A DNA stretch of 59,867 nucleotides from Catajapyx aquilonaris (lineage: Eukaryota), in the NCBI GenBank assembly GCA_000934665.2, contig KZ538602.1, forward strand, positions 1 to 59,867, read 5' to 3'. The position numbers were made by a program, and so were the translations under genes. Positions 26,701-39,699 of this stretch are shown here, piece after piece. The notes under the pieces were generated by a model. It did not search any database, was not told the origin of the DNA, and worked only from the letters and a program-made list of their open reading frames with translations. The stretch's first letter is position 1, and each line of letters opens with the position of its first letter.

Positions 26701-27789
26701 CATTAGTTAGGGGGGAGCCAAAACTGCTTCCAAGAGCTGGAGCCAACAATCCGCCATGCCCAATTTGTCACCACGATAAAGACTCACAGTGGGGACAGAC
26801 CATCACGATGAATGAGACGAAAAAAAAACTAGTTTTGTAATCATATCACTTGCTGGTGCCAAATGTGGCAACGGTGCATGTGGAGGCGGTTCATGGAGTG
26901 GCATCGGGCGTGGCTTGTTTCAAGGTCATGCATGGGGTGGAGCATAAAGTGGCAATGGGCGTGGCTTGGCTCAAGGTCATGTGCTGAGACTCGATTTCTC
27001 CATAGTTTTAACTAGTCTAAATTTATGATAGGTTAGATTATAAGCTATAGGAAGTGTCTCCTACAAATCGAATCGCTTAACCCTCAGTCTATCAATTAAC
27101 AGCAAAGTTATAAACCTTCCTCCAGATTAGAACTTGGCTCAAGGACCTCCCCCCCCCCCCCCCNAAAAAAAAAAGGATTACGTTTTCGGACGGGGCTTAA
27201 AGTCCCGGACATCCATTTCGGGACAGATTACAACCCTTTTGAGAGTACCTTATCACTAGTAGACCGGACTTGAGTTGGGCCCAAATTAATCTGGACTATC
27301 GTGTGTGTGTGTGTAGGACCATAGGACCTATCAGGTTCTTCAAAAAAAATTCAAAAGGTTTTTCCTCCACCTCCCTGTGTCAAAGTCGGAACTTTGCGTT
27401 ACCCCCCACCCCTCCCAGCCTGTCCGTGCTGTCTGCGATATGATATATGGGAAATTGTCGAGTTAGAAAATTGCAATAAAAAATGGCGAGGAAGAAGATA
27501 GTGCATTGATCGTCGTTGTTTTGAGAGCGAGAGAACAGTAGCTGATTTGGCACAAAACGAAAACGTCTGCTTGCATCGTCCTCACTTTAATGAGGCTGAC
27601 TTGTATCCGGGGGGTTTTTTTGACCATTTTTTTGCGAGATTCACAATAGCGTGACAATAAAAAAGCGGGTTTTTTTTGACGCGACTGTCGAGTTTGGTGA
27701 AATAAAAAGGTCCAAAAAAATGCAGTGTCGATGGCGTTCAGGCACGTCTTGGTCCCTTTTGTGTTATAAAATTATGAAAAATTGGTAAT

Positions 27790-28625
27790 ATATTTTGCGA
27801 ATATTCACAACATTCCGCGAAAATAGTACAAAATATTGTGCGAATATTGCACTGTTTTGGTATGAATATATTTTGCGAATATATTCAATATATTGCGAAA
27901 ATGACATGAATATATTTGGGGATATTGAATATATATCTGGTGTGAATATATTTGGGAATATTGGAAATATTTTGCGAAATTGTATGAATATATTTTGTGG
28001 ATATTACCAATGTCTTTGGTATTTTTTGCGAATATTTGAAATACATTTTGCGAAAATGATATTAATATATTTTGCTAATATTGTCAGTTTTGGTATGAAT
28101 ATTTTTGCGAATATTTGTAATATTTTGTGAAAATGGTACGAATATATTTTGGTAATATTTGAAATACTTTTGGTATGAATATTGTTTGCAAATATTTGGA
28201 ATATCTTGCGAAATTGCATTAATATATTTTGTGAATATTGGCAATGTTTTTGGTATATTTTTGCGAGCATTTGAAATATTTTGCGAAAATGGCATGAATA
28301 TATTTTGCTAATATTTCCGATTCTTGTATGAATATTCTTCTAAATAATTTGTAATATTTTTGTGAAAATGGTATGAATATATTTGGGAATATTTGAAATA
28401 TTTTTGGTATGAATATTGTTTGCAAATATTGGGAGTATTTTGCGCAACATTGTATGAATATATTTTGTGGATATTTGCAATATTTTGGTATAACTATCTT
28501 GCAAAAATTGCGTGAAAATATTTTGCTAATATTGGCAATATTTTGGTATGAAAATATTTTGCTAATATTGGCAATATTTGGGTATGAAAATATTTGTGAA
28601 TATTTGCAATATTTTGAGAAAATGT
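27790..28625. repeat. Degenerate AT-rich satellite block
   Basis: Many TTTTGCGAA(A/T)ATT and TTTGGTATGAATAT words; produces the overlapping N/I/F-rich ORFs. Confidence 0.85.
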
Positions 28626-30281
28626 TATGAAACGTATAAAATGCCTGGAAATATTATTCAGGCAATGTTTGGCTGAAACTTTCTTTTGCATATAGTAACC
28701 ATATACTGTATGACAAATAATGTTTCGGCCACTTGTCTAATCCTCATTTGTTTCTAATTTTTTTTTTCATTGCGTACATTCAGTATTCCGTGATCCTTCT
28801 GCATGTTATACACAAGCTCACACCCACACACATGATGCCAAACACACACGTACAGAGGCGGGCCCCGGTCCGATCGATGCTCTTTGAAACAGCGGGCCAT
28901 TCTGATGTCCTCAAAAGAAGAGAGAGAACGATCCAATCGGTCTGGTCTACATCAAATATGAAGCCCTCCCCCCTCCATCCCTCCCTCCCTCTGTACTAGT
29001 CGTAATTAGCTTAATGTACAGGGGAGCAGGCGCATGTTTCCAAGTTAATCCGTGACTGATATCAATTCTGCGAAGGGTTGGGTTGGGCGATTTTTAAAAA
29101 AGTTGCCAAATCCATACCCCAGCAAGAATTTGCACAGGGTGTGACATAATGATTTAACCGTCTTAGCAAAAATTTTAAAAAAACTATATTAATTATTCAT
29201 ATCGCATGTAAAATTGCCTATGGTGTCTGTTTGCCTAGGGTACATCACGCTCTGTGCAGAGAGGAAAGATGTGTCATTTATGTGAGGATTATGGTGCTAC
29301 ATGGCGGTGTTGCCAAATTTTGGCAAATGACTCACTAGTACAGTTGACTCCGGATACAACAGCCTCGGATATAACAAACTCGAAAGGCCGGTCCCACCAT
29401 ACTTACATATGGAAAGCAGAAAAGGGCTTCGTCGCAAAAGTAGCAATTTGGCTGTCTCTTAAAGTCAGTTATATCCGGAGTCAACTGTATTATTCGCATG
29501 TTATTAGCAAAAAAAAATATATTTAATTTGTAAGACACGTCACATTTGGCGCCCAACCTGGGGGGGCTATCGTGCCTAAACACCCTGTACATTGACGAGA
29601 CCGGATTCCATCGCTTTAAAAAATTTGCTGAATCAGACACTCCCGGATAAACAAGGGGTCTGAGTAGTTATGATGATATCCGGGCAACATATTGCGTGAC
29701 GACATCAAATCCCGGAGAATAATCGCGAGATTGGTCCGAATTGCAACATCAATAGTGGGTGGGTAGGATGGGAGGGTATGGTAGCGAAAAGGCGATTAAG
29801 TCCGGTTTTACACGGCTTCCTCTTTTAATTAGCGGTTGCAGTTGTGGCTCACTTGCCTGGTCCCCCCCCCCCCTCGAATCAAGCCCCCCCTTTTTGGACC
29901 AGCCCCCCCTCTCTGTACAAAAAAAAATGGCGCATCGTTTTATGGCTGATCCGGAGATGACCAGGCTTCCCTTCCAGTCCATTAATGGATTTCAATTGAA
30001 AATAATTCGTCGCATGGTACCCCTAGGGGGCTCACATGAAATGCGCTCCACCTAATTACGGATCTGATATGTTGTGTATTTGGGGGAGGAAGAAATAATA
30101 ACTGCGATTTTTCAAAATGAGTTGCAAGTGTTGCTCAAATTGACTTTTGAGAGAGGAGCATTAGTCCGACTCAAATTGCTCGCATCCTATATCATAATTA
30201 TGTATAATTTGCTTGGTATGTGCTTCTGTTTGTCCGTAGTGAGCCCCATCTGTGTGAAAGATATGGTAGGCGTTTATTGTG

Positions 30282-30489
30282 AAACGTTATTGTGGCTTTG
30301 CCAATTTGACACTAACACCCCAACCTCGTCTATTAATCATATTTAACATACAAGTGTCAGGCAGTGGCGATGGAAGTGTCGTAGCCTACGACACTTCCAT
30401 CGCCCCTGCCTGACACTAACTTGTATGTTAAATTAGGCTAGGCGAGGTTAGGGCGTTAGTGTCAAATTGGCAAAGCCATAATAACGTTT
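30282..30489. repeat. 208-bp palindrome centred on GTAGCCTAC
   Basis: Inner 19-bp arms are perfect (30366-30384 / 30386-30404) with a 1-nt centre; outer arms pair out to AAACGTTATT/AATAACGTTT. No TSD seen. Confidence 0.9.
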
Positions 30490-30574
30490 GTTGGCCTGCG
30501 ACATATGCAAGACGGACAGAATTGTTGCGAAATAAGCCGAAATAAGCACGCAGATTACTCTCGTTTGCTATTAA

Positions 30575-30814
30575 TAGGGCTGTGCAATATTTCGATATAT
30601 CGACTGTCGATACGATATATTCGTAATATCGAAGTTGCGATATCCGACGCTTGGCATGTGCGATGTATCAAATATCGCTATTTTTCGATGTCGGTTTTCG
30701 ATATTTTTCGATGTGGGTTCGATGTCGGTTTTTCGACTTTCGATATATCGACTTAGATTCGATATTTTTAAGTATCGAAAGTCTATTTGCAATTTAGGAT
30801 ATCGCACAGCCCTA
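30575..30814. mobile_element. hAT-type MITE
   Basis: TAGGGCTGTGC...GCACAGCCCTA TIRs; 8-bp TSD GCTATTAA/GCAATTAA (7/8); interior rich in TCGATA subterminal repeats. Confidence 0.9.
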
Positions 30815-31881
30815 GCAATTAACTTAAAAATCATGCAGAGCGACATACCGTGGCTGGCAGGGTCAGAAGTCAGAACAAGTGTTGGAAATGCTAATTAAAC
30901 GTATAGCAAATGACACTTTTAAAATGATCAGAGACCGACATAATTGTTGCGTATGCATAACCTGCAATAAGCAGCTTGTTCACTCTCGCAATTAACTGCA
31001 GGACGACATAGGCCTACAGTGCCTGGCAGGGTCAGAACAATAAATGCTAATTATCAACGTAATGAAGCTTCGTACACCAAATGACACCTCTACATAAAAT
31101 GATCCTTTGCTTCCCATGAGTTCACTATGGAAGTTTGGCTGCACTATGACACATCCTGTACAAAATAACAGGCAGTCTTCTTTTTAACGGGGGCAAAAAG
31201 CTATTGTTCCAAGAGCTCTCTGCAGGCGTTCAATTATTACGTGTCCCAAGCAACAAAGAAGGCACGATCACTGCTTTGCAACGTCTTTTGCTTTTCGTGT
31301 CCCCTTTTCCTTCCTTCCTTCCTTGTCCCCCCCCCCTCCTTTTATGGCTCAGGACACGCCCTTGTCGATAGTCCCCCCCCTCCCTGCCTTCCCCCCTTTT
31401 TGCTTTCATGGAGCACAAAATTGGCACAACAATGGCGTTTGAAGCTAATCAATGTCAACTGCGTAATAAACTAGCTATTGAGGAATCACTTCAATTAAAT
31501 TTTCCAAGTCGAAATGCGGACCTCTCTCAGCTGCAATTAACTTTGGAAGGAAACGAGGGTGGGATGGAGAGGGAGGTGGAGGAGGAGGGGGAGGGGGCAT
31601 GTCCAATATACAGTATATCCAAAAGCTTTTTAGAAAAGTGAGTTCAATTATGCTCAAAGTACTTGGCGGCATTTGCACAGGGTGGTAAACCAGCCAAGTC
31701 TCGGGTTCAGGAGGTAAAAATATGGGGGAAGTATGATATACGAAGGATTGTCTGTCCTAGCAACCGGTTGAAAGGAAATAATAAGAAACTGTTGCAACAG
31801 GTCAAGTTGAAAATTGATTGTTGCTCCCACTTGTTGCGAAGGTGAACAATTCACTTCATTGATGGAGACATGGGCAGTACT

Positions 31882-32141
31882 CATGGGCGCCCGCACGTAT
31901 GGGCAACTGCCCCCCCCNNNNNNNNNNNNNNNNNNNNNNNNNNNNNNNNNNNNNNNNNNNNNNNNNNNNNNNNNNNNNNNNNNNNNNNNNNNNNNNNNNN
32001 NNNNNNNNNNNNNNNNNNNNNNNNNNNNNNNNNNNNNNNNNNNNNNNNNNNNNNNNNNNNNNNNNNNNNNNCTGTTCCCCCCCCCCCCCCAAACATATAC
32101 CCTTGTGCCCCACCCTAATAAATTTCCTGCGGGCGCCCATG
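31882..32141. mobile_element. hAT-type MITE spanning an assembly gap
   Basis: Perfect 14-bp TIR CATGGGCGCCCGCA; perfect 8-bp TSD GCAGTACT at 31874-31881 and 32142-32149. Confidence 0.93.
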
Positions 32142-32371
32142 GCAGTACTGTATCCTAAACTAGTAAACACATGTACTGTAATTACAAAAACAGCTAGGTC
32201 AAAATAATAACGAACATTATTATAATCAATATAATAGTAATGTAATCAATAATTATGAATACAGATGATAGTAATAAATTAGGCCTACTGTAGGACTAAA
32301 ATTACTTTCAAAATACGAAACCTACATCAACGAATAGTCTACACTCTACAGCAACAATGCAAGAATGCAAG

Positions 32372-32373
32372 AA

Positions 32374-32404
<31 letters not shown>

Positions 32405-32618
32405 ATCAGTAATGAAATAATTGTATAAATAAGTAAATAATTGTATAAATAAGTAAGTAAATAAATAATTGTATAAATAAGTAAGTAAATAAATAATTGT
32501 ATAAATAAGTAAGTAAATACATAATTGTATAAATAAATTAACTAACAAACTAATAATGAAATAAATAATGAAATAAATAAATTATGAAATATGAACTAAC
32601 AAACTAACAACTAACAAA

Positions 32619-32653
<35 letters not shown>

Positions 32654-32655
32654 AT
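32372..32655. repeat. (TAAA)n microsatellites and ATAATTGTATAAATAAGTAAGTAA minisatellite
   Basis: Directly visible tandem units. Confidence 0.88.
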
Positions 32656-35513
32656 GTAAACCCTACAATTTTGGTAGGCGAATCAGCATATATTTCTTCT
32701 CTTGAAAGTAGTTGGTCGAATGAACAATCCAAAATAAACTTACGAACAATATATCTACTTGGCAGTATACCACCCTGTACAGATGTGTTTTTTTTCGGCC
32801 GGACTATACCCATGTTGAGATTGCAAAAACTATAAATATTGCTAGCAGCGACATGACATACCCACCTCCCCCCGGTTATGAATAAGAAAATGAGCTTGTT
32901 TTTCAATTTCGCACGTGAAATTACAACTGGAACTTTTCAGGTGATATTTTTCTATGGCGACGCATGAAACTCTGCCCTCCCCCGCCTGTAATTGCAGGCG
33001 ATGAAGGGGTGTATAGGGGAGGGGGGGGGGGACCTCCATGTAATTAATGAACTTTTGAAACGCTGCCCCGTGCGTAATTGAAAGTAAAGGCCGCCCCCAC
33101 GCCCCCTTGCCCGCCCCCGTGATTTTATGAGCCTTCTCTTTTCCACCTCCCCAAGTTAATAAAACTGTCCGGATAACCCTTCCAAGAAATCAAATCACAG
33201 TTACGGGTTAAGACAGCCCGGAAAGTCGTTAATCAGATCCGCTTAAGTTAGTGTGTTTAATTGATCTGGTGCGACAATATTCATTAACTGAGGAGTCATG
33301 AAGGGAAAAGGCTGCTTGGAAAGTACTGCAAGTGTCAGAAAGTTTCTGGCCCTTTATTGCAACTGGTGCACGGTAATAATGGCACAGGTATAAATGAAAA
33401 GTCCTGTCCGCTTATGGCTATGCATCATAGATGGCGTTGCTGAAATGGCGCGCTATGTTCGAAAAATACCAAAAACGTGAGTGCACAACAGTATATAAGT
33501 TGTCGTGGTCTGACAAATTCAAATGCGAAGAACGGGTGCCCTGCTAGTTCAGAATAAAGCCAGGTTAGGCACATCCTCACTGGAATTTGGATACAAAATA
33601 GCTTGCCCGACAGGACAGCGCTACTGTTATCCTGATTCGAGTATACTTTACATATTCCATCGGCTCGATAGGTCACCTGCATATCGATCTAGCTTCTATT
33701 TAAAAAATATAGACACATGAAAACATAAACCTCAGCAACTCTCCCTCCTTGTGCTCCTCCATCCTCCTCTCCTCCATGCTCCTCTGCGTGGCTGCAATTC
33801 GCAGATAACAACATTGTGCAAACCAACTTGTACCGAAGGAACTTTTGGCGGGGGACATTTGGCGAACGAGAGATAAACTGACCGGCGTGTTTGCGCTCGC
33901 AACCTATCAGGGTACCGGGCCCTTTTCATTCCGGTGCGTGATGAAGCTTGTCATTAACGCTTGCTGCCGTTGCCAACACTGGAATCTGCGACTGCAGCAC
34001 TGCCTCCCATCATTATTACTAGCCTAGTAAGTAGAAATGCGACGTTGCCATTAAAAAACGGCTACATCATGACTTGCGACCCTGCCAGGCACGGTATGTC
34101 GCCCCGAATGATTTTTAAAGTCAATTGCGACCAAGGGATTATATGGTGTGGCCTGTACAATGTAGGCATAGTATGACATTAATAAGAGGGTCCACTTCAG
34201 CTCTGTTCATCAAACCGGAGAAACTACCAGGGATTGCACTTGTCAACAATACCTGTCCAGCCTCTCTCTCGCATTCTCTTTGTTGTATACGCAGCGGGCT
34301 CTTTTTTTTTGGTCGCAGGGCCCCGCACTATTTCATTCTCAGCTTCCACTCTGGCCTCCATAAACTGCACACGGGTTTTTGTATTTTAATAGTGCGTTGC
34401 ATTTCATTTCTGGCTGCCTCTGAAAGTAATCTCCTCGTCGTTCATGTACGCTCGTACCTGCTAACAGCGTTGGAAAAGTACCGGCGCATGTTGTAGGCAT
34501 TCAAATTGAACGCTTTTTTTTGGGGGGGGGATGAGGGGGGGCGTCAAAAAGCCTGAACCTGTCTGCTGGGGATATATCTGCGCGATTGTGAATGAAAAAG
34601 CAAAAAGCATTGCTGATATAGGAAAATTTCTGGCAATGATACCGGTGTGGCCATGCCAGGCACGGTACATCTCCCTGCCTGATTTTTCTAGTTAATTTCG
34701 ATCGATTGCGGGTTATATATACTCCAACAATACCGCCAGTTTAATTCATTTAATTTTTTAACTTCCACCATTTAGACAGTTTAGAGAGTGTACTCGCCGC
34801 CATGAGACTAATTATGATTACGCGGCAATTTCCTGCTTTTCGCCTCCCNCCCCCCCCATCCAAAAACCCGGTTTTATTTATATGGAGCATCCAACATGAC
34901 CTATCAGAGCTGTGGGAATAGAAAAGCCGCGTCCCAATTGATGATGTTCCGGTGTATTGTCGGGTTTAAATTATTCTGGGTGCAGTACTAGCAGTAGTAG
35001 CGAACTGGCGTGTGGTTTTTCCAGTATGTTCCTGCATACAGGATCGATTCTTCACGTGTGGAATTAGCGCAACGAGGAAAACCCTCCGCCATGATAATAC
35101 AGTAAACAGAGAGAAAAGAGAGGCAGGCAGGGGGCAGACGTTGCCATAACACACGAGGGGTATATAGCAGTGCCTATCAGGCCCTGGGAGTTTGTGTTAG
35201 AGCTGTTGTACAAGCCGGAGCTGCGTAATTTGGGGAAAGACCAAACAGCGATTAAACTGTAATGTACACAGTGAGTTAATGCCCATTTCTGCCATGCGGG
35301 GGCTAGATCACAATGAAATTTGCATCCGCCCAATGGGCCCTGCCTAGTTTTAGGGGGGGGGGGGGTATAGGGATGGGAAGAGGAGGAGGACAAACTTTGA
35401 GTCGTTTTCATCCACTCTGCACCTATCATGCTGATGAGGTCGATACTATCAAGATGGCTATAGACATTGCGGTAGTCTTATGGAGCATGTTGAAGAAGGG
35501 GAAAGCTCAACAT

Positions 35514-36413
35514 TTCCAAAAATTATTTTAGCACATTTTGAATTCAATATTTTAGTCGAAATTGTCATTGGGTTGTAGCCGAAAATATGATGTTTCATGT
35601 GGTATAATCAGATTTTCTTAAAACGGAAAGGTCACTCCAAGGTGGAAGGTCAAAGTTGGCAAAAATGCGGCAGCTCGTCGACGATTTCAAAAATTATTTT
35701 AGCACATTTTGAATTCAATATTTTAGTTGAAATTGTCGTTGGGTTGTAGCCGAAAATACGATGTTTCATGTGGTATAATCGAATTTTCTTAAAACGGAAA
35801 GGTCACTCCAAGGGGGAAGGTCAAAGTTGGCAAAAACGAGGCAAGAACATCGACGATTTCAAAATTTAATTTAGCACATTTTATCATAGTATTTAAGTGG
35901 AAATTATGATTGGATTTGTAGCCGATAATATTACCTTTCCTATGGTGTAATAATATTTCATTAATATTGGAAAGGTCACTCCAGAACTGAAGGTCAAAGT
36001 AAGATGAGGCCCTGGAGAATGGCAACGTGAGGTGAGTAGTTAGAAAAATCGGAGTCACATGCCACGTCAGAGATAGTAGACCAGAGCCGCTACAATATTT
36101 TAACGATTTTAACAACTTTTAACGAAAATTTCAAGTTAAAATATCGTCTCAGCGGAATAACGACCGTTACACATCTTTATGTGAAATTAACGTTAAAATT
36201 CGTGAAAATGATGTTAAAATTCGTTAAATCATCTGGCGTGGGACTCCGATTTTTTTCTAAATACTGAGGTGCATTCAAGAATTAATTTATGCAATTTTTA
36301 ACACAACATTTTGATCGAAATTGCAGTTCAATTGTAGCCGATAATATCATCTTACCTACGGTATAATCAGATTTTCTTACAACTGAAAGGTGACTTCAGA
36401 ACTAGAGGTCAAA
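35514..36413. repeat. ~171-bp tandem repeat (2 well-conserved and 2 decayed units)
   Basis: GCACATT register at 35531, 35702 and 35874; a decayed fourth unit at ~36290-36413 follows an insertion. Confidence 0.88.
36035..36265. mobile_element. MITE-like insertion with 6-bp flanking direct repeat
   Basis: Imperfect ~30-bp inverted ends AGTAGTTAGAAAAATCGGAGTCACATGCCA / TGGCGTGGGACTCCGATTTTTTTCTAAATACT; GAGGTG at 36029-36034 and 36266-36271. Confidence 0.65.
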
Positions 36414-37124
36414 CTATAGCTTCCACCGTGACTTTTCAAGACAAGTATGGCGAAATCCGGGTCGTGTATACATAACATCCCAGCAGAAGTCGATACCATC
36501 GTCTACTACAAGGGAATAAAATGCGCAACACAAACCTTCTTTCCCTCCCCTTGAAGGCATTGCCCGGATTACTGCACTTCCTTTTTCTTGAAGGCACGTT
36601 AAGAGGCTTTTGCTGCGTGTCTTTCCGGACTTATTTACCTTTCCTTTGAATGGGCGTCCGGAAAATTAGCGGGTAACAATTGCTAACTTTCTCACTGAAC
36701 CACGAGCTTTAAGATAGGGAGTAATCGCATTAGAAGGGAGGGATGCCTTTGTAGCCTGTGCGCAACAAGAACAAATTAAATTTTATGTGTCTGTGTGCCG
36801 TATGCAAGAGAACAAAGCGAACAAACACAGAGAGAGTTTTATGCAAAGCGCAATATCCGTTCTGTACGTATGACCAGCAGAGAGCAGTATATGGGGGGAA
36901 AATCCGGGTGATTGCGACGATACAGCTCTTGCTTTTTTGGCTCTAAACACTCATCACCTGGTCCGGATATTTGGGGGGCCTTTTAAAACCCCCATCTCTT
37001 TTCTGTTCCTGGTCAGGTTCCGGGGGCCAACGAGGACCAGAAATGCGGAGGAAACTGGCTGAAAATGGGGGAAAAAATGGCGGGTTTTCGGAGAGACACC
37101 AACAGTACATGCGGGAGATATCGA

Positions 37125-38525
37125 AAGAAATTGACGGTCATGACACTTTAGGGCAAAAGAATAACAGCTAGCATAATGTTGTTCACCGAACTGATATTTT
37201 GTAGAACGAGGAAAAATTGGCGACCATGACGCTTTAGAGCAAATAACAGTTATCATGTTCACATAACTGCTACTTTTGGCAGTCAGTTAACTAATTTTAT
37301 ACCAAAACTAGCTGCGTCACCTGGCGTTGCCCGGGAAGAAATGAATGAAGGGAAAACACCTCCCAGTACCCCCGTCAACTGTCTGTCTGTCTGTGTGTCC
37401 GGCCACCAATGCCATCTGTGGTCCTGCTACTCCAACACCTTGAACCTCTCCCGCCTGTATAACGGCAACCGTCATTTGCCTGCCATCTGTAGTCAAGCCC
37501 CAACACCTCCATCCTCTCCCGGCCTGGGGGTGGAGCACAGATGGCAGGCAAATGACGGTTGTCAGGCGTACAGACAGACAGACAGACTCACAGACGGCTT
37601 TCTTTATATAGATAGCAGTTACGTGAACAGCATATCTGCTACATTGGTAAAAGCATAAACATGACGGTCATGACACTATAGAGCAAAATAGCAGTTCACA
37701 TAACTATTATTTCGGTAGATATGAAAAATGGGCTTCCAATACACTTCAGGGCATAATAGCAGTGAGCTGTTAACTGTAACTGCTATTTTATAATATTAGG
37801 AAAATTGAGGGTCAATACTATTGGGCAAAATGACACATAGGGCTAACTGCTATTTGGTAAGAAAAAAAATTGTCGGCCATGACACGTCAGGGCAAAGTAG
37901 CAGTTATGGAGGTCACGTAACTGCTATTTTGTGCGGTCAGTTTTCTCGTTCTTCTAAAAATAGAAGTTGTGTGAACAACATAGCTGATATTTTTGGCAGA
38001 GTCAGAAAAATTGGTGGTCATTACACTTTAGAGCAAAGTAGCGGTTATGCAGTTAACGTAACTGATATTTTGGTGGAATTTAGGATATTGAACGCCCATG
38101 ACAGTTTAGGGGGAAATGGTAGTCATGCTGTTCATGTAACTACTATTTGCTAGGATTAGAAATTGGCGGCCATGACACTTAAGGTCAGAATAGATGTTCG
38201 CTATTTTGTAGAATTAAGAAAATTGAGGGTCAATACTTAAAGAAATTATGACACATAACTGCTATTTATGTGGAATCAGAAAAATCGACAGCCGTGACAC
38301 TTTAGGGCATTATAGCAGTTAGTTTGTCTACCCAACTGCTCTTTGTGGCCGTCAGCTTTTTCATTCTCCGAAAATAGCAGTTACCTGAACTGCATAACTG
38401 CTACTTTTATAATCAGAAAAATGACAGCCATGACACATTAGGGCAAAGTAGCATGTTGTGAACATATTTTGGTGCGATTATGTAAACTGAATGGTCATGA
38501 CACTTTAGGGCAAATATAGCAGTTA
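37125..38525. repeat. Degenerate satellite (CATGACACTTTAGGGCAAAATAGCAGTT units)
   Basis: More than 10 decayed units; interrupted by the Helitron at 37308. Confidence 0.8.
37308..37612 (-). mobile_element. Non-autonomous Helitron
   Basis: Minus strand A|TCTATATAAAGAAAGCC...(CTGT)n...CCCGGGCAACGCCAGG hairpin...GCAGCTAG|T. No TSD. Removing it restores the host repeat AAAA|TAGCAGTT. Confidence 0.9.
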
Positions 38526-39699
38526 CTGCCACTATGGACGTACAGTGTCATGGACGCCATACTTCGACTTTTCTTAATTGATGCAATTTTCATCGGCTAA
38601 TTAAATTTTTTTAAAATGCTTTTGACATTATATGGTCAGGTTTCGCTCAATAGACACTGCTAAGAACCCCACCGATTTAAACCGGAAAAAATCCAGATGG
38701 GCGTAACCGCTATCAATCCGGTCACGCTATATAGACTCCCCCCAAATAATCCGGAAACGTCATCATATTCAATATTAAAACCGCTACTTCTCAAACCCTC
38801 CAAAATTACGACCAGATAAAACCCCAGTAAGACAAGAAAAATCGAAGGTAAAAGGGGAGGGGGAATAGAAAAAAAAATCTAGTGTTTCGTGCAACCGATC
38901 TTAGTTGATAAAAAATAAAGCTCAAGTTTGATCAATGTGATGTTAATTACACCTGAAGAACTGCGTGGTTGTTACTAACACCCCTCTGGTATAAAGTAGG
39001 GGGGAAAAGGAAGGTAGATATGTTATCATGACACGTATCAGACGTAATGTTCAAAAAAAAAACAATGTAATTTTTTTAACACTAGAATGAGGCAAATTTT
39101 AGCTAGTCACGACACTGTCATTACTGGTCAGATAATTGTATCCGGTTTTATGAATCAGAATCCGGGGTGGGTTGATAGCTGCCCATTTTCTTCGCGGTGA
39201 TTTGTTTGCAGTCATTTTCGCGAGGAAATGTGCATAACATTAATGAACCCTTTTTTTTGTATTACAAAAAAAGCAAAATATTCCGCCAACCTTGCAGAGT
39301 CAACACCCGGAGGCTCCCCCCTGGTATTATTATTGGCCCGAATTTATCCCCGTCCGTCAAGATGTCCACTCCTCATGAAAATATGGCAGTAAAGCTGACA
39401 ACTCGCCAATCCCAGGGCCCTGCTGGAAAAGGATAGTTTGCTCAGCACAAACTCCTAAAGCAGCTCGCAGGCACATCTCTCTTTACACTGGGAGCCTTTC
39501 CCCCACCACCACCATTTTACAGGCCAAACACACTACAGGACATGACTCCGCATCAACAGTTACCCAAATCAAACGGCCTGCTTTTTTTTTTTTAAAGGGG
39601 TCGTGTTCTGTTGGATGTCCTGCTATACTCTCCAAGCACAGATTTGTCATTTAATTCGACTTATCGAGAAGCACAAGCCAAGTGGCGGAATAGATCATT

